DNA of 64,000 nucleotides, taken from Albugo candida. Taxonomy: Eukaryota. The stretch is from assembly GCA_040437565.1 (NCBI GenBank), contig JBDOQK010000038.1, positions 1-64,000 of the forward strand, given 5' to 3'. How positions within the stretch are numbered: position 1 is the stretch's first letter; each line of letters opens with the position of its first letter. Below, piece by piece: positions 25,595 to 38,900 of this stretch. A program made the translations under genes and the position numbers. The notes below the pieces were generated by a model. It saw only the letters and a program-made list of their open reading frames with translations, ran no database searches and was not told the origin of the DNA.

Positions 25595-26625
25595 TTTTTT
25601 CGAGGTTGAAAACATTTGCAAAGTGGCTATTGTCAGGAATAAACAATTTAGAAAAGGGATGGAAAGAAACGGGGACTGCTGACAATAACAAGCTCAATTT
25701 CGTTGACTGATGCAAACCGACTACTAGTGTTATAGTCTAAATTATTGAACGTGGTGCACGTTCACTGTTCTATCTCACTCCATGAGGTACGAACCAGAAC
25801 TGATGATCTAATTTGTTAAGGAGGTGGCTAACTATCAAAATCCCGCTGCAATCCGCGGTATGTATCGTCAAGTTTGTGTATCCATTAAAGTTCGAAGATC
25901 CCTTGTCGGCGTACATTCAGCCAATTCCTCGGAATTTAAAACATCAATTTCTCCTCTTGATATTTCATGCTGACTAAACTTCCTGACAAAGAAGCTACCT
26001 CAAGTGCGTATCACCTGGTACAAAGTTATTCATTTTGTATGAACAGACTTGCTGCTCTCCCGCCATGTTTCGTGTATAACTATGATGCTATTAATTATTG
26101 CTAGAACGTTTATATCGATTTACCTAGTACAAGCAAAGTGATAGCATACTTTCAATGCGCCAGAATGAATGAGGTATTGTCATGCAAGCGTGGACTAAAT
26201 CTGACAATTTGAATGAATTGAGAAAGAAATCGGAATTTTACAAGGCTGAGATTCTTTACTTCGTATGCAGATTCGTATGTGAGATCGTTAAAGTTGAACA
26301 TATCAAAGCTTTGCCTTTCCACCGAAGAAAAGTGTTCTCAATCGCCTTATCATGTTGTATTCTTCCTTCTTGCTCTATCGACATAGCTGTAATTTAGTTA
26401 AGTTCCGTTGGAAGTTTTTTTGTATTTCTTTGAAGGCTCCATTAAAACAACGGGTAAATCACATAAAGAAGAAAAAAGGATCAAATCAAGTTTGAATGAG
26501 TATGAAAATGAAAGTACCAGCATAGCTCCAGAAAATGGAGTCGTAAATTACGAGAGAGGATACATCGAGCACATTCAGCAACAAGTTGCGATATATTAAA
26601 ATGCCTGGAGATTTGATATAGATTC
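25595..26625 (+). repeat. Copy A of an inverted dispersed duplication (copy B at 50743-51655), carrying a decayed unknown gene
   Basis: Reverse complement of 50743-51655; about 325 bp next to the gap are identical, the rest is diverged; about 25925-26048 is missing from copy B. Confidence 0.9.
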
Positions 26626-27759
26626 NNNNNNNNNNNNNNNNNNNNNNNNNNNNNNNNNNNNNNNNNNNNNNNNNNNNNNNNNNNNNNNNNNNNNNNNNNN
26701 NNNNNNNNNNNNNNNNNNNNNNNNNATAAAAACAGCAAGGAATCACCAGCAATTCATGACCCGCTTTACAGCTACTCTGAACGATTGATGCGAGGGCATC
26801 AAACAAAGCTTCAAACAAGAATGCACGATATCAGGGGATCATCTGAGTGAATCATATCCACTGCGATGTTGTTGACCGACGTTGCTTGTGATGATGCACA
26901 TCCAGAGCAAGTGCTGGTGTGACGGAATCTTCTACACGATTCAAAAATTGTCATGTATCTTGCAATCGCTTCTCGCAGCCATTATGTGGTACCCCATCCG
27001 CGTCTCTAGAGTCTTCACGACCAGCAGGGGATCACTGAACATCACAATGACACTCGACGCGTCTTTATGTCACCTCCATCTGCTAACAAGTCATGTTTCT
27101 TCCGTCCTTACTAATACTGATGCAAACTGAGCTTTAAAGAACAAGGAAGGCTTCAAGCGAGTACCACTTTGTCTATCATCAGACGCCAGGTTTCATGAAT
27201 AAGAATGTGAAATTTTCGGCAGCGGATCTTCAGCCGATAGATAAATTCAAAAACATCTGGTGATAAACCACATTGTCTTCATCCACTGTTTGGGAGAGAC
27301 TGATGCATCGTCTATGAGTCTTACCGATCCACAAGGAAGCTCGTTTCGGCTGGAATGAAGGAATTCGGATGGTGGTTGTTGCTTAAGGTTTGCGATGAAA
27401 AAAGGCAACGTTTGGAATTGTTATGTGTGCCGGAGATAGACGCAACTACATCGAAGGCCTCGCATTAAGGGCCCTCCAAGTCCATAACATGTGGATGTGG
27501 CACGAAGGTGGCGCGTGTGTACGGATGACTACAGAATTGCACGTCAAATGTCAGTACGATTCGATGAGCTAGGAATTAGTCAGAGGGAGGGATAGTTACT
27601 GGCTGATCAGAAAATGCGAATCAGATAGAGTACCTTCAAGCCACTGGTTTTGAAGCATCAGAGACAATTGAACTCGAAAGGCAAGAAAGAAGAGCGCAAT
27701 TTTAAAAAAAAAGGAATACAAATAGAATAGAAGCCTGAAAATATATCCGGGTTTGATTT

Positions 27760-29700
27760 CGATCCGATAAATCTTCCCTTATACGCAGGTGGGGCAATTT
27801 TTACGGCTGCGATCGATCAATTCGATCCCTGATGATGATGCGTCAGCCATCTTCTCGACGGTATCAAAAGCGAGGTGGCCCAAGCGTTTGTGTAAGTTCA
27901 TCAGTGTACACTTAATTTTACCATCGACTCGGTCTCCCGGTCGTTTGAGCGCAAAGCTGCATACACCACATTACTCTTGGCTATCAAAGTGGAATCTGCC
28001 TCCACATTTATCGTCAGGACATTATTTTCTTTCACAATCTCTAACACTGTTGCTCCATCCCTAGCGCGCTTAGATTACAGTTCTCCGTCAGTGTGTGACA
28101 ACACCACACCTTCTCTTTCCAATCTACAGTATGAGAGTAAGCTGTGCGCCACGTGTTCCGCATAGTACACATTGCTGACAGTGATTTTCCGATGCTCTCA
28201 ATCAACACGCTATTGCGTGTTGACAGTCCTCATTTTGCTGACCTCGGACGATTCGTCACAGTCTTCAGGATTCACTAATATCCCCGGGTCCATTATCAGG
28301 TGCCGGCTTGCACCACTGTCTAGTATCCATGTGTGCCTCGAAGTCTCGTAGTCTCTCCCTACGCTCAGCGCGAACGCCGAGTGTGGAGCATCAGCCCTTT
28401 CCTTGCAGTCTCTTTTGAATTGGCCAATCTCGTTGCACTCGTAGCAATGTTTCTGGTTTTAGGCGTCACCGCGTTTGCAATTGTTCTGACGCCACCACGG
28501 CCTAACCCTCAGCCTTAGTTGAGTTTCTTGTCCCACTGTCTACGATCGACAAATCTTAGAATGGGCTCGCGAAATCAGCTAGTTCTCATGGTTGCCGCAA
28601 ATGATCTCCGCGAATGCCTATCCATACGAGTAAACATCGCGCGTCTCTTCGCAGATATACTGCAGCACAAATCAAGCGGAGCAATTCGCTGCTCCCGCTA
28701 TCGCGATCAGATACTGGTACTGGTCGATTCAGTTCCTATTGTCCTGCTGCTTCGCTTTCATTAGTCGTGTCGCTTGGTCGACCGTGCTTTCCTTTTCATA
28801 CACCTCAAGCATCTCAAGTGCGCAACAATACAATCTTCTGCTGCCCAGCTAGCCTTTTTTTTGGCGAAGTAATTTCTGGCTGAGCCATTCAGGTACCGTT
28901 TCAGTGTCCTCAACTTGAATTCTTCGGGCCAATCATCCCCACTGACAAGCTGTGCCGCAATCAGTTCACCCAGAGCCCGCAAACCCCATTCTTGAAGCCC
29001 GATCCTACCCCGAATATACTTCCTTGCCCGTATAACCCTCAATTGGTTGCTTCATGTCCTTAATGCTTGGGATTTTGTATCCTTAGTTCTGTAGAGGAAG
29101 AAATTCCTGCTTAACCGCCAAACCCTGCATTGGTGGAACGAATTGTTCCGGGGCTCGACCCTGCTGTGGTGGGGCCATGAACGGTGATGAGTGGTTCGCT
29201 GGTGCGATCCTTATCGCTTCTCCAACCGAGTCCACTCTTGCTCTACTTTTTCTCGCCGCCAAGAATTGAGTAAATACGCTTTCAGCAGCTGGCATGTGGA
29301 CGTTGGAGTCAGCAATAGGGTGCTTGGTACGTTTGTTTCGATCTCGCGCCAGGTCGCGGATCAAACTTGCGATGAGTCCTTCCAATCTGTCCAACCAGTG
29401 GCTCCCGTCTTTAGAGGCTCTAATATCTCTCTTTCAAGTGGGAATCGCGCCTACACTCGCTCCTGCGCTGACCTGACCTGTAGTAATATCGCCAGCATTT
29501 GTAGCGTCTTCTGCAGCGTGGATGTCTCGTGCTGTCGTTGGGCTCATAGCTTTTTGATTCGTAGTACCGAAAAGGTAGATATAGAACTAAGACTTATATT
29601 AAACGACGTTGTCCTGTCCTCTCACACTCCTATGCCATCTACGACTCCATTGTGAACGCAGCCAACAGTCGTTGTACTCTAGCAGTGACAGTCTTCATAG
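27760..29700 (-). mobile_element. Degenerate Copia-type retrotransposon remnant (gag, protease, GAG-pre-integrase)
   Basis: Minus strand gives WILDSGASRHL (about 28298-28330), LHKRLGHLAFDTVEKMA (about 27845-27900) and gag-like WPEEFKLRTLKRYLNGSARNYF (ORF 28761-29042). No LTRs confidently located. Confidence 0.8.
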
Positions 29701-29809
29701 AGTCGCATCGTTTCAACAATTGTATCGTCCACATGATGTCGATATGTGTGGAAGGTGGGAGAAGTTACGATGTACAAAATGATTAGCTAGATTGTCGATT
29801 TCCGCTATC

Positions 29810-31250
29810 CTTAAAAGCAATTTTTATGTGCGGACAGTTTTGCATAACGACAAACAGATGATATGTAGATAAGCGTTCTCATTCTAAGGAGGCAAAAATG
29901 GATGAGGCTGCATAAAAAACAGATGAGAGTCATAAAAGACAAAATCGAGAAGAAGAGGTGAAAGCTTCTAAATGAACCAAAGCGCAATTTGAAAAAAACC
30001 ACGTAATAGTCTCTAATTTGAAAAAGAATCGCAATGGAGCGCACTGACACGTACACGGTGCTCTGACATTTTAAGCCCTGCATTCGAAATAAGTTAGTCC
30101 ATGGCGACAAAGTACAGCATCGACTTGTTTGAGGGTGCCGTAAGAAGCCAAAAAAAAAAACGCCTTACTTACTGGTAGACTCTTACTTTTCTTTGTAAAA
30201 TCATCAAAATGGAGCGCATGTTGTAATCGGGAGCTGACTGCACTTTATCATGCTCAAAAGCGTATTGTCTCGAAATGATAAGATGTCGATCCTACGAGCA
30301 GGTACCATGATAATAATCGAGAAGATCGTTATAACTTATTTTTGTCAAAATTATAGCATGTTGAACCGTCTTGGTGCATTTCAAATTCAAATTAATATTA
30401 AGTTCGGATACTTGGGAATTACCTGCAGTAGTTGCATTAATTCTGCTCATCATAATCAGTGCTATCTGATACGAATTAATAATGGCTTTCCGTTGAGTTC
30501 TCTAGAGGCGTATATGCAGGAGATGTGCCATCCCTTAAGTCACTGCAATGATAAACTTAAGCGGATCGATAAGATGCAGCCCTCAGGCTGCAATGTCATA
30601 TCTACATAGATTGGACTCCTTTAACTTTATCGCTAAATAAAGTAATTGAATTGTCTTTGAGCTCATGATTTCCATTCAGATAACTGAAGATGATTTCTGG
30701 TATGCGGAAGTCGCAATACCCAAAGTGAGACACCTCCGCGTAGAGTTGCGAAGCAATGATCATTTAAAAACTACAGACGCTCACAGACTATTGTCGTTCA
30801 TCAGAAAGCAGCTACTAAGCGCACAATCAGAAAAAAAATTCATGTTTGATTCTCATTTCCGTGTGCTTCTTGAAGTCAAAGTAGTCTTGTAGGAACTAGA
30901 AGACTATTTGGTAAGATGCGAATTGCAACGAAGTACATCCATTTCAAAGTCGTAACTTGTCATTTTTTGGGTATAAAAGCATTAACTGGTCACTGTATCG
31001 GAACACGCAAGACTTCTGTGAAATGTTCTCGGCTAGTGGCTTTTCTGCCTGCGGGCTCATCGATGCACATAAAGATTTGTGGTAATCTTTTTCCTGCCTT
31101 GATTAGAACCGTATCTGATTGTTCAACTGGAAAAAAGCGTTTCTTACCACGTCAACGTCCGCTCTTTGCAAACGGAGAAGATGAGACATCTTCTCATAAT
31201 GAACTTCATTACGCAGTAATTTCCGTTTGTCGTTTACTGTTGATTTAATC
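29810..31250 (+). pseudogene. Decayed gene containing a CCG-like Cys module
   Basis: ORF 30250-30609 has INIKFGYLGIT-CSSCI-x~29-CHPLSHC, the same Cys spacing as the modules of 33265-35323; flanking ORF fragments are broken. Boundaries approximate. Confidence 0.35.
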
Positions 31251-33264
31251 CATCTCCTGGTCAGCAGGTCGTTTAGTGGCCCACAAGGTCATTGACAGTC
31301 TCATTTAACACAGAAATGACATGATTTTCAATCGTTTTTTGAGGCAGTCAATTTTATCTCTGTGTTCATGGCACATTGGAATGAAAAGTTCGGATCAGCG
31401 TCAATGGTTTTTTCAGACTTATGTCGCGCGTTCAAGCTTGATTGGTGCTGCGACGCGACTCGCTTCCAATTAAATGAACGTTTCGCGTAAGTTTTACGAA
31501 TATAGACCACTCGAAATCTCCGGTAAAGTCAATCTGATTTTATTTCATCCCCCTATGACAAACCCATTTAGGAGTCACACGGAATATCACACTTCTATTA
31601 CTCGCCATCACATTGTCAACGTTTCGGTAATGTATGCTGTCGGCTACACAGTATACTCATGGTGCTATGGCGTACTCCATGCTGTACTTTATGCCGCTTT
31701 GTTCCTCATTTCCAAACTGCAGAAACTCTGCTGACCGAAGAAAGATGCATTGCGTTGGTTAGCACTTCTCTACTGCTTCATCACCCAGAAAAGCTTTCAG
31801 ATTTAAATTTTGGTTCCTGACTGAGTTTAATAAGGTGAAAATCACATCTCTACTGATATATCAATTTCAGAGAAGTAGTAATTTGGCGTGGATACTACCT
31901 TGTTTTTGCTCGCATTTAATCATAAAGATATGACTCCGCTTTCAAGTCCAACGATTCTCCAAACGTCTGTTCCTAATGATTTTAACCGATCTCAACCCCC
32001 TGGAATCAGGTAGTTATTCATGAAACTTAATGAAACATCCCACATAATTCAGGTGGGGCGAGTTATGATAATCAACCTAATGTTTCAAGCCCTTTCGATG
32101 TGTTCCCGAAAATATCAACCCATCGATAGATCTATGAGCTGTGTCATTGCAATATGAAACGCTATAATGGGCCGAGACATGGGCACATGAATGAAGTCTG
32201 TGAGCAGGCAGAAAACATTCAAAACAAGGAAATGTGGCATCGCACATGTACAATAGAGAGTCGAAAAAAAAAGTAAAAGATATGTTGTCCTTGAATATTT
32301 TGCTAACATATACATGACACCGTCCTACTTCAAAAAAGCGATTAATTTATTTGATACTTAATGAGGCACTACAAAGCATTTTGATTAAAAATGCCATGGG
32401 TGCAAATTTACAAATTAAATTGTCTAAGAGCGAAGAGCACAAGGAGAAGGTTGTGATTCTCGAGACCTACTGGTCGCGTATCTGCTGATATTGTGTCTGA
32501 TCGTAGCCTTATGCGGTCCATGCTGCAAGTGATGACTTTCCAGCGAATCCGATGAGATATTTATCATCTAAGTATAAAATTGGATTGGGGCACTCACGTA
32601 TTCTTTCATGAAGAAGTAATCCTGTTGGACTTTCACTTATCAAATATGCCCCTTTGCGTCTGCTTGATTATTTGTACATTTTGAAGTGTGGTATATATCT
32701 AAGATATCGCTTCCTTCTTATCTCACCCAAACCTTGCTTCGATTAACTGAAAAAAACTGGCGTTGGCGATTTTCTCAAGCAAGACAATACCTATTTCGTT
32801 CGCGTGATTTGGTTCAAGTCGCAATTCGAGCAACTTCATCATGTCGCTTAAAGAAAATCTCGTTCTTCTTTATTGACTTGATATTCCAGCGAATAAATGG
32901 ATAATATGAGTATGACACGTACCGTTATAGCAATGGTTGAGGCGCGTAGATACATCGGGAAGTTGTTCTATCTCTGATGACAAATGCCTAGACTACTATG
33001 TATTGATCCGTATCATAACATTTTATCAGGATATAGCGATAGTCTTACCAGCATTCGTGCTATCCGTAACTACCAGTGCATCACATTTCAGATTATGGTG
33101 GTCGTTAAATGATGATACAACAAGTTACTCGTCCATCAAAAGGACCGATCAAATTATGTTGCTGCCGTGAGTTTGATCAATCGATTTTTGTCTTAGCAAG
33201 AGTAGACGAATTTTTCAATGTAAAATGTATTTTGCTTAAACGTTCTGTACACCTCGCCAATTTC

Positions 33265-35323
33265 TTACTCTTTCGTTTCTCGTAGGATGCGGATATCCTC
33301 TCTTATCAGTTGCCTGATCCCAACAGGACGCTCAAGTTGCATTTGATGAGCATCGTAAGATAGACCTGAGCAGCCTTTTCCGACACATGATCGCAGAACA
33401 GATGATGGTGCTTGACGCATCCAAACATATCCAGCAGAAGTAGATTCGAAATTGTAAGCGAAGAATACCTCCGTGCGCTCAAACAGACAAGCTGCACAAT
33501 CGAGAAATGTAAAACCTTTGTATTCGAATTGGACCAAAGCAATACTGCTTGCAAAGACGGGCCATAATTCTGGCGCGCGTTCTGATTCGGAATCGGACAT
33601 GACAATACGGTGTTCCTGAGAAGGCCAAACACCTACCGGTATTCTTTCTTTCGTAAATTTAATGGACTCAGCTCGTACGACTGATTGAGAATCTCCCTGA
33701 GATACGAAAATCTCATGATACATACAGAATTCGTATGGGACCGTTTGCAGCCGGATGCAATTATGCATAGTACGACATTCCAAAAGATTCTGAAATGGCC
33801 TTTTTGTTCTTTTCAAAAAAACTTTCGAGACGTCAAGTAATGACGAAGTTTTTGTGAGAACGTAAGGGTCTACAGTTGTAGGAAGATACCATTTGATGCA
33901 TTTAACACACGATTCTTCATTCGATGATGTGTAGTAAAGGACAATACAATTGCTCTTCGACGGCTGCAGTAGCTGATGATCAGATGGGCTGGGATATACC
34001 TCTATGTTTACGGCATCGTCTCCACGATATTGTTTACAAGCATCTGGCCTTAGAACTGTGACGTCACTGCATGTGGGACAATTCAATTCTTCTTCGATAC
34101 GAGACGTAAGAACAATCGCGTTCCACAACGAAGAAAGGAGCACCAATCGAGCACCTTCAATATTTTTTAGAATGCATCCGATACATGGCCATCGGTTGAG
34201 TACGGTTGCAGTGACATATATACAAAAGATCTTTTTTTGACGCAGCATTCCTAGGGTTTTCGGGAAGGTGAAGGCATCCTGAGAGGGTCCACTATACTTG
34301 CTCTTTCTTGGCATTCTTCTTTGCGCAATGAAATCAAGCACCCGTTTGATTCTTTTCAGATCCATCGCGTTCTTATTACGTGTCCAATGCAGTTGATTTG
34401 AGCTCATGCTCCTTTTGCTTCTTTTCTATCAATCCGTGATGCTTTGGAAATATCAAGTCCATAATCTGACAGTCCTTCGGATCCCAACTGACAATGGTCA
34501 AACATAGATGTTGCAAGCAGTTGGATTTTATATCACTTGTTTCGTAATTGCTGGGAAACACGAGAAGCTCGGCTGAAAGTTGTCTGTGCTTATAAAATAA
34601 TAGATAGCCCCGCACAGCAAACCATTTACTGTGCATAGCTAAGCATTCCCGACATACAGCATCATTTGTGGGACCATGGATGATCATGCATCGAATTGAT
34701 GGGTCGACATACTGATTCTCTGTGGTATTAATCATTTCTTCTTCTTTCACTACTTGCTGCATAGTGTTCCCCTTTTTTTCACGAACTTTCCGTTTCGAAT
34801 ATTCTCCAGGGAAAAGAGCAATGCCGGTCGTTTTCTTACGCATGAATCTTGACAAATAGTGCTTATGATAAACGCTTTCTTTAATCGCTCCCGGCAACAC
34901 AATTCCATGCGATATCGATTGTGCAAACAAAAAAACATCTTGCTCGATGTTTTCGTCTCTGTTCACATTCGTGCTATACTGAGATGTAGTCATTACTAAA
35001 TGATCGATATCGTAATGTGTAGGTAGCCCAGTATATAGTAGACATTTTCTCCGAGAGTGGCAATGCAATAATATCGATGGCAGAATGTCTCCATATCCCA
35101 CAAGCCAGTAAAGTCTGAACCGATATCCCACTTGACGCAGATATATTTTTTGGAAGCCCGCAGAGATTACGAGGCATTCTTGGCAAGAGGAATGATCTGA
35201 ATCGGAGAGTGCTACTAACATGGCATGTGATAACCGAGAAGTAGATTGTGACATGTTGTGCATGAAAATCAGCGCAGCGACTAATAGCGGGCACGATCTG
35301 AAACTCCACATATTTGTATTCAC
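33265..35323 (-). CDS. Albugo-type CCG (CxxCxxxxxG) secreted effector, about 685 aa if joined; split by one frameshift into 315-aa and 380-aa ORFs
   Basis: Hydrophobic N-terminus (MWSFRSCPLLVAALIFMH) followed within about 55 aa by CQECLVISAG = CxxCxxxxxG. ORFs 34376-35323 and 33265-34407 overlap in different frames; the 2059-nt span is not divisible by 3. No introns evident. Confidence 0.8.
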
Positions 35324-35921
35324 AATATTTCTGCAAAAAATACCAGCAGCGACCTACAGAATAAGATGGTTTTATAAACCAATTAGTGATTTTCTCCTGG
35401 CTTCATCGAATACCATTAACAAAGTGCGCTACTTTTTTGCATGATTGAGAATTTGGTAGAGTGAACATCTTACTAGTTTCGGAGTGCTACACAAAACTTT
35501 TTCTTGTACGTGACAGTGCGAGTTCGAAGGTACGAACGGATCGCCCACCCTTGCAAAAAGCACACTGTATCAGCACCTTTGTCTCCTAAACATCACATTG
35601 TAAGTATCAACTTATACGCTATTGTTTGTGATGTGACGTCTGAAGTTCGGAGTCAAGCATTTCACCAAATTGGTTTTCTGATTACTTACTTACGTACCAT
35701 ATCTACTGAAATTGCAACTCGACTCTTGAAATCGATCAAACGAGCTCCGAATCGAGACCGCTTGCTCTATCATCTGATCGAAGAGCACTGCATACATTCA
35801 ACATCTGTGCTATTTGCGACGAGATTTCACGATTGTTGTTCCAGCTATTGATGAATATTTGAGCATCATTCAACTACAATTGAAACATGGCAACTTTTTT
35901 TCAATTGATTGCAGTAAATGA

Positions 35922-38900
35922 TTAATTCGATGATAGAACGTTCAACAAGTCATTATTATGCATTATTACACATTCTTCTCGAACCGGTTCGAACTTCGAA
36001 GTCTGAATTAAACTGTCGATTTGAATCTCCTCGTGGTTATTTGACTCAAACATTTGAGCAATCGAAACGCTTCTTCCTTTGAGTATCAATGACTGAAAAT
36101 CAAGCATTGATACTGTATAGCTTGACTTTTGTGCTCAAGTCATGTGATCATATCAGTCTTTCTGCGACGCGACATTTTGATTGTCGTCCCCGAAAATCGC
36201 GTATTTTATAGACGCGTTTCCTCCACCAGTATTTTGAAAAAGATTCCATTTGTCTATACGACTCCAGCGCCAGTTAATTAGTTCTACTCAACGATGCCAA
36301 ATAAAACGAGATTTACGATCAACTTGAATATATTACCATAGACACAAGAGGATCGCTGCATTGATTCATCATATTACTGAAGGTTCGAGTACAATTAATT
36401 GCTTTAAGGTACCCCACGACCTGGCAATTATTCGAGATCTTCTTTCTATCCAGTTTACAACTCGTTGTGGTCATCCGATTGATATATATACTGATCTACA
36501 AGTTATCACGCCAGAATAAGTGGGCTTTCTTCCAATCAAGTTGAACTACTCTATGGCTGATCTTTCAAGCTTCCACCAATCCCAACTAATGTATTATGCA
36601 AAGAATTGATGCCAATGCATCCATCATGTGGTTCTGCAGGGTGCAATTTGGACATATCATTATGTTCCGCATAAACACACGACCCCTCTGAACTCTGAAC
36701 CCAAGACACTTGCACGAATTCTCATTTTGTTTCTTTGTGCCAAATCGGCTTTTCTCAATATTCCATAACAAGATATGAACCTCCTCTGCGAGCTCGATAA
36801 GTTAGACCACTGCAATTTCAAAGCAAACTAATCTATTTTATTTCACATTCTCTCCGGCATGATCTGCAAACTGTATCTAGGCAAGTCGAAACGGACCATA
36901 CGCGGTTGCAGCACGCATTTTCTTTTTTACCATTTCTTGATAGCGATTCTCTNNNNNNNNNNNNNNNNNNNNNNNNNNNNNNNNNNNNNNNNNNNNNNNN
37001 NNNNNNNNNNNNNNNNNNNNNNNNNNNNNNNNNNNNNNNNNNNNNNNNNNNNAACGTTCAACAAGTCATTATTATGCATTATTACACATTCTTCTCGAAC
37101 CGGTTCGAACTTCGAAGTCTGAATTAAACTGTCGATTTGAATCTCCTCGTGGTTATTTGACTCAAACATTTGAGCAATCGAAACGCTTCTTCCTTTGAGT
37201 ATCAATGACTGAAAATCAAGCATTGATACTGTATAGCTTGACTTTTGTGCTCAAGTCATGTGATCATATCAGTCTTTCTGCGACGCGACATTTTGATTGT
37301 CGTCCCCGAAAATCGCGTATTTTATAGACGCGTTTCCTCCACCAGTATTTTGAAAAAGATTCCATTTGTCTATACGACTCCAGCGCCAGTTAATTAGTTC
37401 TACTCAACGATGCCAAATAAAACGAGATTTACGATCAACTTGAATATATTACCATAGACACAAGAGGATCGCTGCATTGATTCATCATATTACTGAAGGT
37501 TCGAGTACAATTAATTGCTTTAAGGTACCCCACGACCTGGCAATTATTCGAGATCTTCTTTCTATCCAGTTTACAACTCGTTGTGGTCATCCGATTGATA
37601 TATATACTGATCTACAAGTTATCACGCCAGAATAAGTGGGCTTTCTTCCAATCAAGTTGAACTACTCTATGGCTGATCTTTCAAGCTTCCACCAATCCCA
37701 ACTAATGTATTATGCAAAGAATTGATGCCAATGCATCCATCATGTGGTTCTGCAGGGTGCAATTTGGACATATCATTATGTTCCGCATAAACACACGACC
37801 CCTCTGAACTCTGAACCCAAGACACTTGCACGAATTCTCATTTTGTTTCTTTGTGCCAAATCGGCTTTTCTCAATATTCCATAACAAGATATGAACCTCC
37901 TCTGCGAGCTCGATAAGTTAGACCACTGCAATTTCAAAGCAAACTAATCTATTTTATTTCACATTCTCTCCGGCATGATCTGCAAACTGTATCTAGGCAA
38001 GTCGAAACGGACCATACGCGGTTGCAGCACGCATTTTCTTTTTTACCATTTCTTGATAGCGATTCTCTTAAGCTTTTCGGAAGTACATGTTCTTTAGTCT
38101 GCCCGTATTGCATAGAGATGAGAAGACTATCTTGGAACTAGAATTTGAGTTGAGTCTTTCCAAGCCAGGAATTCTAGTCTCTTCGCAATTCTCCATGAGA
38201 AATCACTGATTGTCGCTACATACTAAGTTCCGAGGTCTTCCTTCAAAACAAGACTTACTTCTATCTTTGCAGATTTTACGTAAATACAAGCCGTTTATTT
38301 CCGATGATATCCTCTCGACTGATAAGACTTTCATAATTACCACAACATAAGAGATTGTACTAGGCTTCTTCGACTTGAGAGGTATGATCTGAGTGTTTAC
38401 ACCCGTATGATCATCAAATGCAGCAACTTCCCAGCAGCTTTAAAGCCCGAATATAAGCTTTTTTTGGTCACAGGTAATAGATGAATATGCATCATAGCAG
38501 CTTGCCGACGCATTTATAAAAGCGGTATGAAACCTGCAATTTCATTATACACGGCTGAGGTCGATATCTTCTTCTGATGCTTTTATTTTAAAAGTTATTT
38601 TGAGCCTCTTTCTGCTGATCCCAATCAAGCATTAAGTACGGTTCGGATTTTGTGATCCTTCTCCAAATACTTTCTCATACCCAAAAGCCGGCAAATCAAG
38701 TGTGCTATTTGTAATATTTCTGGAGCTAAACCCGTCTTCGCTTTGTCATCACAATTTTATCGTTCTGTTTATAGTGATCACTTTAAACTGACGAAATATC
38801 TTTTATTTTATCTTCTAAAGGTGACTATTCTCCAATATCAAATGAAATGCTTTCGTGCTGATCTTAACTTTATTGGAGCGGGTTTTCAGAAACACGTCCA

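Noticed and set aside
27419-27750. Candidate LTR for the second Copia remnant
   Set aside because: No partner repeat beyond 29700, and no PBS, PPT or TSD identified.
35937-38068. Apparent 1-kb tandem duplication
   Set aside because: Identical sequence on both sides of the 36953-37052 gap; assembly artefact.
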